A stretch of 64,000 nt of DNA from Octopus vulgaris (GCA_951406725.2 OX597825.1:12958001-13022000), one strand, 5' to 3'. Positions 1-12,348 are shown, numbered from the stretch's first letter. Program-made: numbers and translations. The notes: a model not told the origin generated them from the letters alone.

Positions 1-57
1 TTTATTTTTGTTTCATAATATATATTTTTTCGGATGCAGCCAGTTGCTATGACAGTG

Positions 58-570
58 CTTTGGAGAGAGAATAATCACCCGCTACGGCAATGTCAATTGG
101 CTTTCACGCTCCCCAGACTTGACTAGCCCGGATTTTTGTTTTTCGTATGGATACCTGAAAGAGAAAGATTACGTCATCAAACTGGAGACCCTGGTGCAAC
201 TGAAGGAGAACATCAATAGAGAAATCAGAGAAGTAGGGACTGAAACTCTTGAGGGTGTTATAGTGCACGTTTTGGAAAGAAAACGGGCGAGCGAATACAA
301 AAATGGCTGCCATTTAAGCGACGTCATTTTTCATGTGAAATAGTGCTGTTGCAAAATTTGACTTACTCTCTCTTTTACTCTTTCAGTCATTTCACTGCGG
401 CCATGCTGGAGCACCACCTTTAGTCGAACAGATCGACCCCGGGACTTATTCTTTGTAAGCCCAGTACTTATTCTATCGGTCTCTTTTTGCCGAACCGCTA
501 AGTGACGGGGACGTAAACACACCAGCATCTGTTGTCAAGCAATACTAGGGGTTCAAACACAGACACACAA

Positions 571-607
<37 letters not shown>

Positions 608-881
608 CGACAGGCTTCTTTCAGTTTCCGTCTACCAAATCCACTCACAAGGCATTGGTTGGCCCGGGGCTATAGCAGAAGACACTTGCCCAAGGTGCCA
701 CGCAGTGGGACTGAACCCGGAACCATGAGGTTGGTTAGCAAGCTACTTACCACGCAGCCACTCCTGTACATATTAATTTCCATTATGACTTTTATATTGT
801 ATCAAAATTCTATGCATTTATTTGTAAAGTGAAGGAAGTTATTAAAAACTGAAACCCATCAGTGACTTCTTGCACACCCTG
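58..881 (+). mobile_element. Tc1/mariner DNA transposon, 3' part: decayed transposase C-terminus plus right TIR, interrupted by a SINE
   Basis: The frame of ORF 119-343 extends upstream as FGERIITRYGNVNWLSRSPDLTSPDFCFSYGYLKEK...HLSDVIF, matching the Tc1/mariner WPxRSPDLTPxDFFLWGYLK motif. A ...CACCCTG|TA terminus lies at about 875-883. Confidence 0.8.
364..766 (-). mobile_element. tRNA-derived SINE family A, full length
   Basis: The reverse complement has the head CAGGAGTGGCTGCGTGG (A box) and CCGGGTTCAGTCCC (B box), an internal TA/TG tract, and the tail GGTGCTCCAGCATGGCCGCAG..GACTGAAA. More than 15 homologous copies occur in the window. Confidence 0.9.
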
Positions 882-1816
882 TATATGGAAGCTTATTCCT
901 AAAAATGTATAATGTGACAATTATCTTTATCCCTTAACAGTAAAATATCTTGAATAACGAAGCAGTTTTCTTTTTCCGACATATTTCATCGCTATTTTCC
1001 CTTCTTCAAGAGCTGGCTAATCTCAAGGAACTCTCATCGCCAATAACGTTAACAAATATGAGTTTTATTATTGATTTTGCAGTTAATATCTTTTATGTTG
1101 TTTGTGTGTGTTTTTCTTCCATTTAAATTAGCATCTTCAGCATTATTCTCGTTTGTGCTTTTTACAGTTCGACAGCAAATGTTTGAGCTTGGAAATCTGT
1201 CCGTTTAATTATTATACTGTGTTTAATACTTTAACGTGCTTGAAAAATTTTACAATTAGCGTTTAAAATTTTCTTCTATTGCCACTCTGAAAGTGACGCA
1301 AACCTCTTCCATTCCATTGTAATCTGGAAATAAAGTTTAAAATAGTTATCTTTTATAGAAATGTACATTGTTAAGGTAAAATTATTAAAACACAACGCTT
1401 CCCAGAATAGGTAATATTTGTTGAGATTTAAAATCTAAAATGCCTGCCTATCAGAATTCCAGAATAAACAATAGTTTTCAGCAAGTAATTCATAAAACCC
1501 ATTGTACTCTGTTACAAATGGGAGTTCTGTAACCGTGTTAGACCAGGCAACGACAACAGCTAAACACTCAGGTTCACATAACCTAATCAGCACTCTATGC
1601 GAAGAAATTGTCTAAGAGAATGTCAAATAAGGTAAATAGTAATCATTCTAGGTGAAATACACCGGGCAATCTGTATAAACTGTAAAACCAAAGTTATTCA
1701 TCTATTGATTGGCTGCTGCATGCGTCTCTTAGTATAATGGCAATCGGGCACAAATAAAGCTTCCTTGGCTATATAAATTCGTTTAAGGATGCAATCAGCT
1801 TAAATGACTCGAGAGC

Positions 1817-1883
<67 letters not shown>

Positions 1884-1902
1884 GGAGAGACTGGTAGAGG
1901 AG

Positions 1903-2265
1903 CGGGCGTGGCTGTGTGATAGGAAGCTAGTACTCCAACCACATGGTTCCGGGTTCAGTCTCACTACAGCTTCGGGCTGATCAAAGACATGTCACTGGAT
2001 TTGATAGACAGAAACTGAAAGCCGTCTTGTGTGTATGTGTGTGTGTGCGGGCGATTTTATGTTTGTTAGTACCCCCCACTACTTGATAACCGGTGTTAGT
2101 TTATTTCCGCGCCTCTTATCTAACAATTCGGCGAAAGATCCTGATAGATTAAAACAAAAAGTACTAAGTTTAATAGATTCTATGTTAGTAAAAATTCTCC
2201 AAGGCGGTGCCCCAGCATGACAGTAGGCTAATTGCTTCAAGAAATAAGATATAAGATAAGATAAA
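1903..2265 (+). mobile_element. SINE family A, diverged
   Basis: Contains CCACATGGTTCCGGGTTCAGTC ... AAGGCGGTGCCCCAGCATG. Confidence 0.8.
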
Positions 2266-2899
2266 AGATTGGCTTCTATGCGTAATTAATCAGTTGATTA
2301 ATTAATTAATCATTCAATCAGTGAAGCAGTTATCTATCAACTATTCTTGTCTGACCATGAAGTAATTAAGTTAGAATCTCTGTTTCTAACACATATATAA
2401 GCAGGTGGAAGTGGACTGAATTGTCGTAGAATTTTAAATATCAAGAGTTCTCATGTCAGCAAATTCTTGAGATGGAGATTATACATAACTGACATATCAA
2501 ATTCCTATTTTTAAGTTATCATAATCTTGTAATAAGAAACTTGCATGTAAAAACGTGCATGGGCTCTGAATGACACTATCAGATAGTAAGACCTGTTTCT
2601 GCTTGACTTCACCAACTATATTCACCAATTTGGATGTTTACGCCCAACACGGCTCTGATGTTCTTATATGTAAAGAACAAAAAATACATCTGCTAGCATG
2701 TACTAAGTTTTTTCAAGCTGGAATTAATTAATTGATTATAAGCACACTAAGTAGCGATGATTAAAATAAAGGTAGCTACATTTATATTTAATCTGCACCT
2801 GTACACTCAAACTTAGGAAGAAGACTCTCGCAGTAATTGTCTCAAACTGAGTTCCCGATAGACTCTCAGTGTAAAAACAAACGCGGGCAATGGATGGAG

Positions 2900-4495
2900 T
2901 CATCAGACTAAGAGGTATACGATAACATCATTTAGACATATACCCAAATTTCATAAGTTCTGTTTTGAGACAATTAGTGGCGTTGCAATCTTTGTATTCT
3001 AGTTCAAGACAGTTAAAATAGTGGCAATCACGTTAATGTTAGAAACGTTCGTGCTAAGACGTAAAAACGTCTTAGCACGAACGTTTCTAACATTAACGTG
3101 AGCAGCTTTGTCGTAACGTTCACTGCTTTTATGATAGTAAAATAAATGAGGTTTTCAACATCGCTTGAAGTAAACGAAAGGCCTCAAATTTTTATACAAT
3201 CTTGTTTGTTATTGCTTCTACTTGTTTTTGCTGTTCAATATACTTGTGTACGTCTAAGAGGTATACTGAACGGTTAAGCTATTTAGAAGAGTTAGTCAAA
3301 ACTAGTCATAATTGAACCAGAGAATTAAGCCCTTAAATGAACATAATGATTGAAAAGAAATTATAATTCCAAACTTCAAGAACTCTCTATAAGATGGCTT
3401 CGACATGAGCAAAATATTGTGACCAACGGTCAGAACTTGTGTTATTATTATCCTGGAGTTTATGGATGGCTTCGACGATATTAAAAGAATGACAAATATC
3501 CTAGCTTCAATTTTGCCTCACATTAATAACCAGCTTAATTTAGAACTTCATACAAAACGTTTAGAATTTATAAGATAAGGACATTCATTAATAAAGGTAA
3601 GGGGTTCTCAGAATTTCATCAAAGAAATGCTGAAATCTAAGGATGTGAGTAGCAATATTGTTAACGATGCTTCAATATATAAAACGACAGTTGACAGTCA
3701 TTGTATCGGCATTGTAGAAAACATTAATCTTGATTATTCAACAAAAAATATCCCCCCCTCTCATGAGAACTACAAAAAATTTCCCCTTTAAATATTTTAA
3801 ATTTCTACATTGCTTTATAAACTAGATGCTTCAGTGATTTTTATTTTGTGAACTGTTTGAAAATTTAGGGTTGCTTCAGGCGTTGAATGCAACCAATGTT
3901 ATGGAGGGAAGCCAAATCAATTATCCGTTAGTTATGTAATTTTCCAATATAGTTCGTTGAAAACAAAACAGAAAAAGCATTATGAAGAACTTTATAGGAA
4001 ATGAAGAAAGTTGGTACAGCAAGCTAAAACTGCAAATGCAGAAAAAAGTCTCAGCAATTTTTGCTTAAGATGTGGTGAAGAATTATGGTTCTCTTTATCG
4101 TCAAAATTTATGATTAACCTTCATTCACCTCATTCTTCTGCAGCTGCTGAAATAGTGGTTTCCTTATTCATCAATATTAAACTTAAAAAATTGCGCTTCT
4201 TTGAAAACATGCACCTTCAGTGCATTAATAAGATCTGAATCTTTACTTCAAGACGTTAACTGCCAAAAGTGGAATCCATGACAACAGCTCTGTGACAGAA
4301 TGCAAAGTTATAGTAATGAGGCAGTTTATAAAAAGTGTGCTTTTAATAAAGTATACGTTAAATCTATTTTCCTCTCTGATTAAGATTTTTTTATTCACTT
4401 TTTAGTTTGATATTTCAAATTTCGTGCTTGCTTGTGAATTTTTGTACCTTTCCATGCAAAATTTGGTATACCCGCAAAAGCATTTGGCAGTTCTA
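2900..4495 (+). pseudogene. Decayed hAT-superfamily transposase relic
   Basis: Fragments LSIRWLRHEQNIV (about 3384, TRWLS-like) and MINLHSPHSSAAAEIVVSLFINIK (ORF 4011-4238, resembling the hAT dimerisation motif LSLPHSxAxAERxFS). Possible terminus TTGGCAGTTCTA at about 4484-4495. Many stops and frameshifts. Confidence 0.6.
3028..3101. repeat. Perfect 35-bp inverted repeat with 4-nt AAAA loop
   Basis: TCACGTTAATGTTAGAAACGTTCGTGCTAAGACGT-AAAA-ACGTCTTAGCACGAACGTTTCTAACATTAACGTGA. Confidence 0.95.
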
Positions 4496-6260
4496 TTCCT
4501 TAATTTCTACAAGGCTTGTTTCATATCGTGACGACACTTCACTAGCCGCATGCTGTTTATAATTCAAACCTTCTGAGCAGAAACCTATTAAATGGTTGTA
4601 ACTGCCACATGTATAGTAGCTGAACCTTCTTCCCTGAATGTTTAGTCTTAAGGCATCTCATATCAACACAAAACTCTCCTATTTTGTTTCCCGTAGTATT
4701 ATCGAATCGAGAAGACTTATTTATCGATGGTGACCACACCCAATCACATTCACTGAAATGATCTCAGTACTGGTTAATTACTCATAATGTGACAAGAAAC
4801 TGTCTTTGAACCAAGGATCGAATTCGCGATCAATGTCCCTGAGGAGATCTTGGGTGTTTTTATTCTAAAAGGTTATGGAGAGGATTTATAGAGGGATACA
4901 CCGCATACTATATGGGGTTGTGTTTTTTCTCCACGTTGTTAGTTTTGCGACAACGTATATGTTTCCATGCCCTTGAAGAGGGTTGCATCTCACAACCTCC
5001 TTTGATTCCAGAAAGCAATCGTGCGTGGCCTTCACATTTGCATATTATTCTCTCTCTCTATCTCTTTCTCTCTCTGTTACCTGGGCAATTGATCGTAACA
5101 GCGAGGCACCTTTTTGGAAAGAAAATACTACCAATAATTAGTCAATCCAGCAAATATTTCGTATCTAGTCTTGTCTTGTTTAAAAGTTAACTTGCGAATC
5201 TGCTTCGTACAATCCAACTGATAGGTTCCAACAAAGTTTTCCATATTCCCAATTTCGCTCACAAATATTGAGCCATCTCGTGGTTAAGATAAAAGACACT
5301 TGCTCGAAATAGCTTACAGTAGGATGGAACGTTCAATCGCATGTTTGCGAAGCGGACTTCTTATCCGTCATCCATAATTACGTCTACAATTGCCATAACA
5401 CAAGCCACATGACACATATTCTATCACCAATCAAACAACACACAGGAAACACAAACAATGTCCAGCAAAATAACACAGTCATATTCAATGTAATAAAACA
5501 ACACAACAACGAAACTAAGACTAATAACAATGCAAATATTGTCATCTGGAACACACAATATAATATGCGAATACAAGTCAACATTACGAAAAGACTATGA
5601 TGCTAACACACACATTTCAGGAATAAGACTGCAGCGTTCTAACAGAAAGAAAAACACTCACTAAAAATATGAAATTAATACAAAAAAAAAATGACATTCA
5701 CCACAGACAATGTGGAGGCGGAGAAGTTCCGATTAAGCAGCAACAAGAACGACAATAACAACGAAGGCATTCGCTATATAACCATCATAAATAAGAATAT
5801 TGATTTAATGTTTTCGTCAGTTTAGTTTCTTGTCGTTTTGACTGCGTTTTAAACCAGAGTTTTCAGTCACAAGAAAGACGACATAGAAGAAAATTTAAAG
5901 ACGAAGAAAGAAAAAGATACAGAGAGAAATGGAGAGAGGGAGGGAGAAGAGGGTCGGAACAAATAGAGGATAAGGGGAACGGTGGCGTAATGGCATAGAA
6001 ACTGAAGAAATTTGTTAGGTAATGAAATAATTCCAATTGCTAATTAAAGGAGACGAATGTATTAAAGTCTCTCGAGTGTCGAATTGAATGCCGAGTGGTA
6101 AACGTTCAGACTTGGTATACGAGAACAAATCCTGCCAAGGTCACTATTGCATTTCGTCCTCTCAGTAGTAAACACTAGCTCCCCTTAACATTTCGTTCTA
6201 GATTAGAGATTAAAATGTTTGAGATGTTATTGTTGAAAATCCTTTCATCTTTGTTGTTTA

Positions 6261-6632
6261 CTTACTTACTTTTACTTGTGGCGACATTCACCCTGGGCGG
6301 GTTGAGTCGGCTTCTTCCTTGGAAGAAGTTTCGTGGGAATATCTGGATTTTACAAGCGGTCCCCAACAATCCTGCATGTAGAGACATCCTGTTTGCCACA
6401 GATTGTCCGCAGACGCAGCGACAGAACGACCGAGGAGACGCCGGTTGCCGAAGTAGACACTCCGAGGATTTTCCCCAGAGCCTCGTCTGCCGGATTGTGG
6501 CCCTAATACCACTCTGTGTCAGACCAATCCGCCTTGGGTAGCCCTACCAGGAACCGAAGTTCCCGACGGCATAGCTGACACTACCCGTTGCCAGCGTCCC
6601 CAACGCGGTGAGGGGGGGATGGACTTTGGGGA
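6261..6632 (-). mobile_element. Non-autonomous RTE-related retroposon (5'UTR-like part plus 3' end), with TSD
   Basis: 12-bp TSD CTTTGTTGTTTA at 6249-6260 and 6633-6644, and a (TAAG)n tail on the minus strand. Internal AGCTATGCCGTCGGGAAC..CCTGGTAGGGCTACCCAAGGC resembles RTE 5' UTRs. No pol III boxes seen. Confidence 0.7.
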
Positions 6633-6733
6633 CTTTGTTGTTTAGACCCAGGTTAGCTCTCACTGAGATGGGAAAGGTTTAAAAAGTATTTTTACTGGGG
6701 GCATCTTTTATTAAGACATAGTGTGTCAAAGTA

Positions 6734-7272
6734 TTGGGTTATCCAGAAAGTTCGTGTCGATTTTTAAAGGGAAAAAAGGTCAATAAATACTTGCCATTAC
6801 GTTTTTAATCAACCAAATATGAACCATTTTGTTGCACAATGAGTCTCCATCTTTCCTTTAATTTGAAAATAAACTCTTCCCAGAATTGAGGTGGTTTCAT
6901 GGCAAAGAATTCATCAAGGTATCTTTTTACGTCATCCAAGGAATTGACATTTTTACCATTAAGACTATTCTGTAGAGACCTGAATGAGTGGAAATCCGAA
7001 GGAGCAATATCTGGTAAATATGGAGCTGCAGCAATTTTTGTCTGGTTCCCAAAGCATCAAGTGCCGAAAATGAACTTTCTTATCTTCCATTTTAAAAGGT
7101 TACAGCATTAACATAGGTTATAGGAACATAAACCTTCTTCCACGGAAAGATAGCTTAAACTGTGCTCTAAATGGAGGTATAGTCAAATCCTATTTCATGG
7201 AGTCAACCATATTCTAAAATAAGTCGAAATGTAAGCTACTATAAATCGGCACGAACTTTACGGACAACCCAA
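6734..7272 (-). mobile_element. Internally deleted mariner element with both TIRs and TA TSD
   Basis: TIRs TTGGGTTATCCAGAAAGTTCGTGTCGATTT and AAATCGGCACGAACTTTACGGACAACCCAA, flanked by TA. The minus strand encodes MEDKKVHFRHLMLWE joined to PYLPDIAPSDFHSFRSLQNSLNGK...ERWRLIVQQNGSYLVD* (YSPDLAPSD motif). Confidence 0.92.
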
Positions 7273-7554
7273 TATATATTGTCTAACATCCTTTTGTTTC
7301 TTTATAACAATACTATCCTATGATATGTGAACGATTAGCCTGTTTTCCTAGCCGGAAGGGCGATCACTTGGAAGCTCTTTTCAAGGCACAATAACACCGT
7401 AATGACTGCTTTCATTCATAGGCAGAAAATCACGGATTTCTAAACAGAAGTAAATCATATTACATCACCAATTAGACACGGTTTCAATTGGAAACGCAGA
7501 ACATTCTATAATGAAAGTAAACGGAAATCTGACTTTGAAAGTAGGTTATTAATT

Positions 7555-7600
7555 TACTTCACTGATGAAGCCGACGGAAAACCGAAAACTAGTCCATAGT
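7555..7600 (+). ncRNA. Degenerate minimal hammerhead-like motif
   Basis: CTGATGA (7562-7568) ... GAAAACTAGTC with the palindrome ACTAGT before a GTC triplet. Stems I and II are imperfect. Confidence 0.4.
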
Positions 7601-7967
7601 TTTATCATTCTGGCAAAGATTAGACTCCCTTTGCCCCGCTGCATGTGGAAATTTGAAATTAATTTTAATTTCGGGGATGTTTTTCCGACACTCTTTCAGA
7701 AGAATTAATCATGCTGTCAATTATTTTTATCTCAATACTATGTGTGACTTTAATTAGTTAAAAATTATTGGTTCGCTTTTATTAACTTACATTAGCACGA
7801 ACTTCACTATTTTGTAAAGTAATTAGTTCGGCGTTCAGCACTTTCAGACGTTTCACTATTTCCAAGGGGAAATATGGGATATATACAACTAAAATTAAAA
7901 CTATATATATATATATATACATTGTGCATAACGTTAGACAGACAGACAGATAGGTAGATAGATGGCT

Positions 7968-8192
<225 letters not shown>

Positions 8193-8193
8193 A

Positions 8194-8601
8194 GGCGCAG
8201 GAGTGGCTGTGTGGTAAGTAGCTTGTTTACCAACCACATGGTTCCGGGTTCAGTCCTACTGCGTGGCACCTTGGGCAAGTGTCTTCTTCTACAGCCTCGG
8301 GCCGACCAGAGCCTTGTGAGTGGATTTGGTAGACGGAAACTGAAAGAAGCCCGTCGTATATATGTATATATATATGTATGTGTGTGTGTTTGTGTGTCCG
8401 TGTTTGTCCCCCTAGCATTGCTTGACAACCGATGCTGGTGTGTTTATGTCCCCGTCACTTAGCAGTTCGGCAAAACAGACCGATAGAATAAATACTGGGC
8501 TTACAAAGAATAAGTGCCGGGGACGAGTTTCTCGATTAAAGGCGGTGCTCCAGCATGGCCGCAGTCAAATGACTGAAACAAGTAAAAGAGTAAAAGAGTA
8601 A
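8194..8601 (+). mobile_element. SINE family A, full length (reference-like copy)
   Basis: GGCGCAGGAGTGGCTGTGTGG..CCGGGTTCAGTCC..CACCTTGGGCAAGTG..GGCGGTGCTCCAGCATGGCCGCAGTCAAATGACTGAAACA followed by (AGTAAAAG)n. Confidence 0.93.
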
Positions 8602-8615
8602 AAGAATATAGATAT

Positions 8616-8673
<58 letters not shown>

Positions 8674-8727
8674 GGATGGATGGATAGATAGATAGATGGA
8701 TAGATACATACATACATACATACATTA

Positions 8728-8807
<80 letters not shown>

Positions 8808-9316
8808 GCAGACAGACAGACAAACACTACATAACAAAAATACAACAACAGTAACAGCAGTTAGTACAAAGTTAGGATAGAAGGAAGATTGTGGAAACAG
8901 AAGAAAGAAAAAGAGGTTATTTTCTCCATTTGAATAAACGAAAAGATAAAAGATGCAGTGAGTTGGTTCACATCTGTCAGTTGATAATGCAATAAGATGG
9001 TAGCAATCAACATCTGTTTTGTTTCTCCCCTCAAGATAGTTTCAGAAAGTAAGTTTATAGTTTCACACGCCGTACTTGTGATTACTTCGGTACTACACTC
9101 CATAGTAACCAACGTAACTGGAATCTTATCGTTGCTGTAATTAACGGCTATTTGCTTGGGCGGACGGACAGGACGGAACTGTTCTATTATCTTTTATCCA
9201 TTATTTTTACTTTTAATAAGACTGCGTGAATATCTTTTAAGCTGTTGTCATAAAAAAATAAAATGAAAAGTAAAAGGAAGAACAGAAATATTTGTATATG
9301 TATATATCTGTTAGAG

Positions 9317-9437
9317 CAGAGGTTCTTAAAATATTTGGACCAACACCACCCTTATAATTTCCTCAGTACCCTACCCTATTTTTATGTATAAATAGATATT
9401 TTATATTTACTATTTTATATTTATATATTATTATATA

Positions 9438-9484
<47 letters not shown>

Positions 9485-9951
9485 TATGAATCATTTGATA
9501 TTTAATACAATATTATATAATTTGTATACGATATAAATGCGCCCTTTTCAAGCCTAACCAGGCTCATGGGCCCACTTTCTCGGTTTCTATGGCGTATGTG
9601 TTCCCCAGCTGGACGGGACACCAGTCCATCACAGCGTTACTCATTTTTGCCAGCTGAGTGGACTGGAGTAACGTGAAATGAAGTGTTTTGCTCAAGAACA
9701 CAACGCGTCGCCCGGTCCAGGAATCGAAACCACAATCTTACGATCATGGTGCTGACACCCTACCCACTAAGTAACGCACCTCCACCATTTTGTGCACAAT
9801 ATATAATGATATTATAAATTCATAGTGTCCTCCAATCCACTGCCTTCATTCCAATGGTTCCTTTTTCTCTATCGACCCCTTAGTCACCAGCGCTCACTTG
9901 GACCATCTCAACGCCCACCGGGGGCGGCAGAGCCCAATCTGAGAACCTATG
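9317..9951. mobile_element. hAT (Charlie-like) MITE with a nested SINE
   Basis: Termini CAGAGGTTCTTAA and TGAGAACCTATG. 8-bp TSD TGTTAGAG (9309-9316) / CGTTAGAG (9952-9959). Confidence 0.8.
9535..9785 (-). mobile_element. tRNA-derived SINE family C (Meta-like plus V-like domains)
   Basis: Reverse complement of the 14717-14945 copy. Contains GTGTTCTTGAGCAAAACACTT..CCACTCAGCTG..AAATGAGTA and GATGGACTGGTGTCCCGTCCAG. Confidence 0.85.
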
Positions 9952-10136
9952 CGTTAGAGGAAACATTCAGGCATACTTTTGTTTTCATCAAATGCGCCAG
10001 TGAGAATAATAAATGTATGCTTGTATTGTTAGTTGACATTTATCTTTATCCATAAGTCTTGCATTATAAATGTCTGCTCCTGTCTCTCTACTTCTCTTTC
10101 TTTATTTCTCAATCTATGTACACAAATACATACATA

Positions 10137-10169
<33 letters not shown>

Positions 10170-10306
10170 GTATTTATGAATGTATGTATGAATGTACATA
10201 TGTACGTATATATGTATGTATGTATGTATGTATGTACATATGTACGTATGTACATATGTACGTATGTACGTATGCATGTATGTATGTACGCACGTATGTA
10301 TGTATG

Positions 10307-10340
<34 letters not shown>

Positions 10341-10420
10341 TGTATGTATGCATGCATGCATGTATGTATGTATGTATGTATGCATGCATGCATGTATGTA
10401 TACGTACATGTATGTATGTA
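10170..10420. repeat. (TATG)n-based microsatellite
   Basis: Direct inspection. Confidence 0.95.
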
Positions 10421-10608
10421 TAAACATGTCCGATATTCCCTATTATAAATCTAAAACACTTAAATTATTTAGAATGTAGAGTGATATTATTTATCATCTG
10501 GTCATTTATTCTACAGTCAAGTTACTGATTAAATACAAAGCTTGCAACAGATGGAATGGTGCTGTTGGTGGTAATATGCGCAGCAATATCTGATTCTTAT
10601 TTATGTAA

Positions 10609-11020
10609 GGCGGTGAGCTGGTAGAATCGTTAGCACGCCGGGCGTAATGCTTAGCGGTGTTTCATCTGCCTTTACGTTCATAGTCCTAATGCCGCCGAAG
10701 TCGACTTTGACGTTCATCATTTCGAAGCATCAATTGCGTACTGGGGTCGATGTAATCGACTTAACCCTATACCCGAAATTGCAGGCCGTGTGGAAAAATT
10801 TAGAACAAATATTTAATAATTATGTGAGGCGGTGAGCGGCACGTGGAGCGAAACGCTTAGCGGCATTCGGTTCGTAGTTCAAATTTCGCGGGAATCAACT
10901 TTGCCTTTCATCCTTCCGGGATCGATAAAATAAGTACCAGTTGAACACTGGGGTCAATTCAATCAACATAATCCCTTCCCAAAATCTGTTGCTCTTGTGC
11001 CAAAATTTGGAGCCAGTATC
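10609..11020 (+). mobile_element. Two tandem diverged copies of SINE family B
   Basis: GGCGGTGAG heads at 10609 and 10828. The second copy retains GTTCAAATT and ACTTTGCCTTTCATCC. Confidence 0.8.
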
Positions 11021-11162
11021 TAATATATATATATTGTCTTCTACATTTAAAGCATTTTCCATTGTACCATGAATGTTTTAAATTTTAATGTGTTATATTT
11101 TGACATCTGTTATTCACATTATTTACATTTGACGGACATTTATCCTCATCTTGTTTGTTGTT

Positions 11163-11208
11163 AACACAATGTTTCGGCTGATATACCCTCCAGCCTTCAT
11201 CAGGTGTC
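11163..11208 (-). ncRNA. Minimal type I hammerhead ribozyme motif
   Basis: GACAC-CUGAUGA-A-GGCUG-(10 nt)-CAGCC-GAAA-CAUU-GUGUU. Stems I and II both pair. Relatives have CGUH where this copy has CAUU. Confidence 0.7.
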
Positions 11209-11281
11209 TTCGGGAAGTTTCGAACCTGGGTTCTCATTCCTAAGGTATTTTTCGGTGTTGTTGTTGTTGTTATTATTATTA

Positions 11282-11342
<61 letters not shown>

Positions 11343-11363
11343 CCTTATTATTATTATTATTCA

Positions 11364-11429
11364 GGCCACTTCCTGGAATCGAACTCGGAATCTTGGGGTT
11401 AGTAGCCCGCGCTCTTAACCACTACACCA
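11364..11429 (-). promoter_or_regulatory. tRNA-like pol III internal promoter (not a complete tRNA)
   Basis: A box TGGTGTAGTGG, anticodon-like arm GGG-CTACTAA-CCC, B box GAGTTCGATTC. The acceptor stem is incomplete. Confidence 0.75.
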
Positions 11430-11537
11430 AGATGAGGACAAATATCCGTCAAATGTAAATAATATAAATAATGTACATAGTTCCTCTTCTCTTAAATATA
11501 GAACTGTATCTGTTATTCATTTGATATTTTTTTATAA

Positions 11538-11915
11538 GCGCAGGAGTGGCTGTGTGGTAAGTAGCTTGCTTCGCAACCACATGCCTCGTGGTTCAGTCCC
11601 ATTGCGTGGCAACATGGGCAAGTATCTCTAGTATAGCCGCAGGTCGATTAAAGCCTGTGGATTTGGTAGACGGAAACTGAAAGAAGCCCATCGTATATAT
11701 ATCTATGTATTCATTTGTATGTCTGTGTTTGTCACCCCGACATTGCTTGACAACCGATGTTGGTGTGTTTACGTCTCGTAACTTAGCGATTCGGCAAAAT
11801 CTACTGATAGAATAGGTACTAGGCTCACAAAGAATAAATCCTGGAGTCGATGTGTTCAACTAAAGGCGCTGTTCCGGCATGGCCGCATTCAAATGACTGA
11901 AATAATTAAAAGAAT
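11538..11915 (+). mobile_element. SINE family A
   Basis: Homologous to 8194-8601 from head to tail. Confidence 0.9.
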
Positions 11916-12242
11916 AAGATAAATTAGGGACCCGTTTTTCTGGGATTCTCAATCCCTAGATTCCACCATTCCCCTGAATAACTCTTTTTGTTATTTCTGA
12001 TCCCATTTGGATTCCAATCAATGGAAATTTGCTAAAAATACACGGGCACTTAAAGCCGTCTAAAGACAAAGCCTCCTTCTAATCCAAGAAACGCGATAGG
12101 CTTTCATACAATCCAAAATACAATTTTTAGCAAAGCTACAAGAAAAATAATCAAATTCTTATTTTTTCTATAGGTTAATCCGGTTAAAAAATTATTTTTT
12201 TGCAGAGTTCTTGCGCACAAATTCGTTCATTTCTTGCATTTA

Positions 12243-12264
12243 ACAACAAACAACAATAATAATA

Positions 12265-12331
<67 letters not shown>

Positions 12332-12348
12332 TAATAATAATAATGATG

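Larger units (their letters stand above)
11105..11519 (-). mobile_element. tRNA-headed, hammerhead-bearing non-autonomous element with a Penelope-type inverted terminal segment
   Basis: Minus strand order: tRNA-like segment 11429-11364, (AAT)n, HHR 11208-11163, then the 3' end. 11428-11472 (+) is an inverted copy of 11110-11153. Flanking direct repeat ATCTGTTATTCA at 11105-11116 and 11508-11519. Confidence 0.75.

Noticed and set aside
1660-1700. RAICINCKTKV as a BED zinc finger of a hAT transposase
   Set aside because: It is a single short CxxC match with no supporting frame.
11364-11429. Functional tRNA gene (and likewise the SINE heads)
   Set aside because: There is no complete acceptor stem or terminator, and the sequence is embedded in a repeat element.
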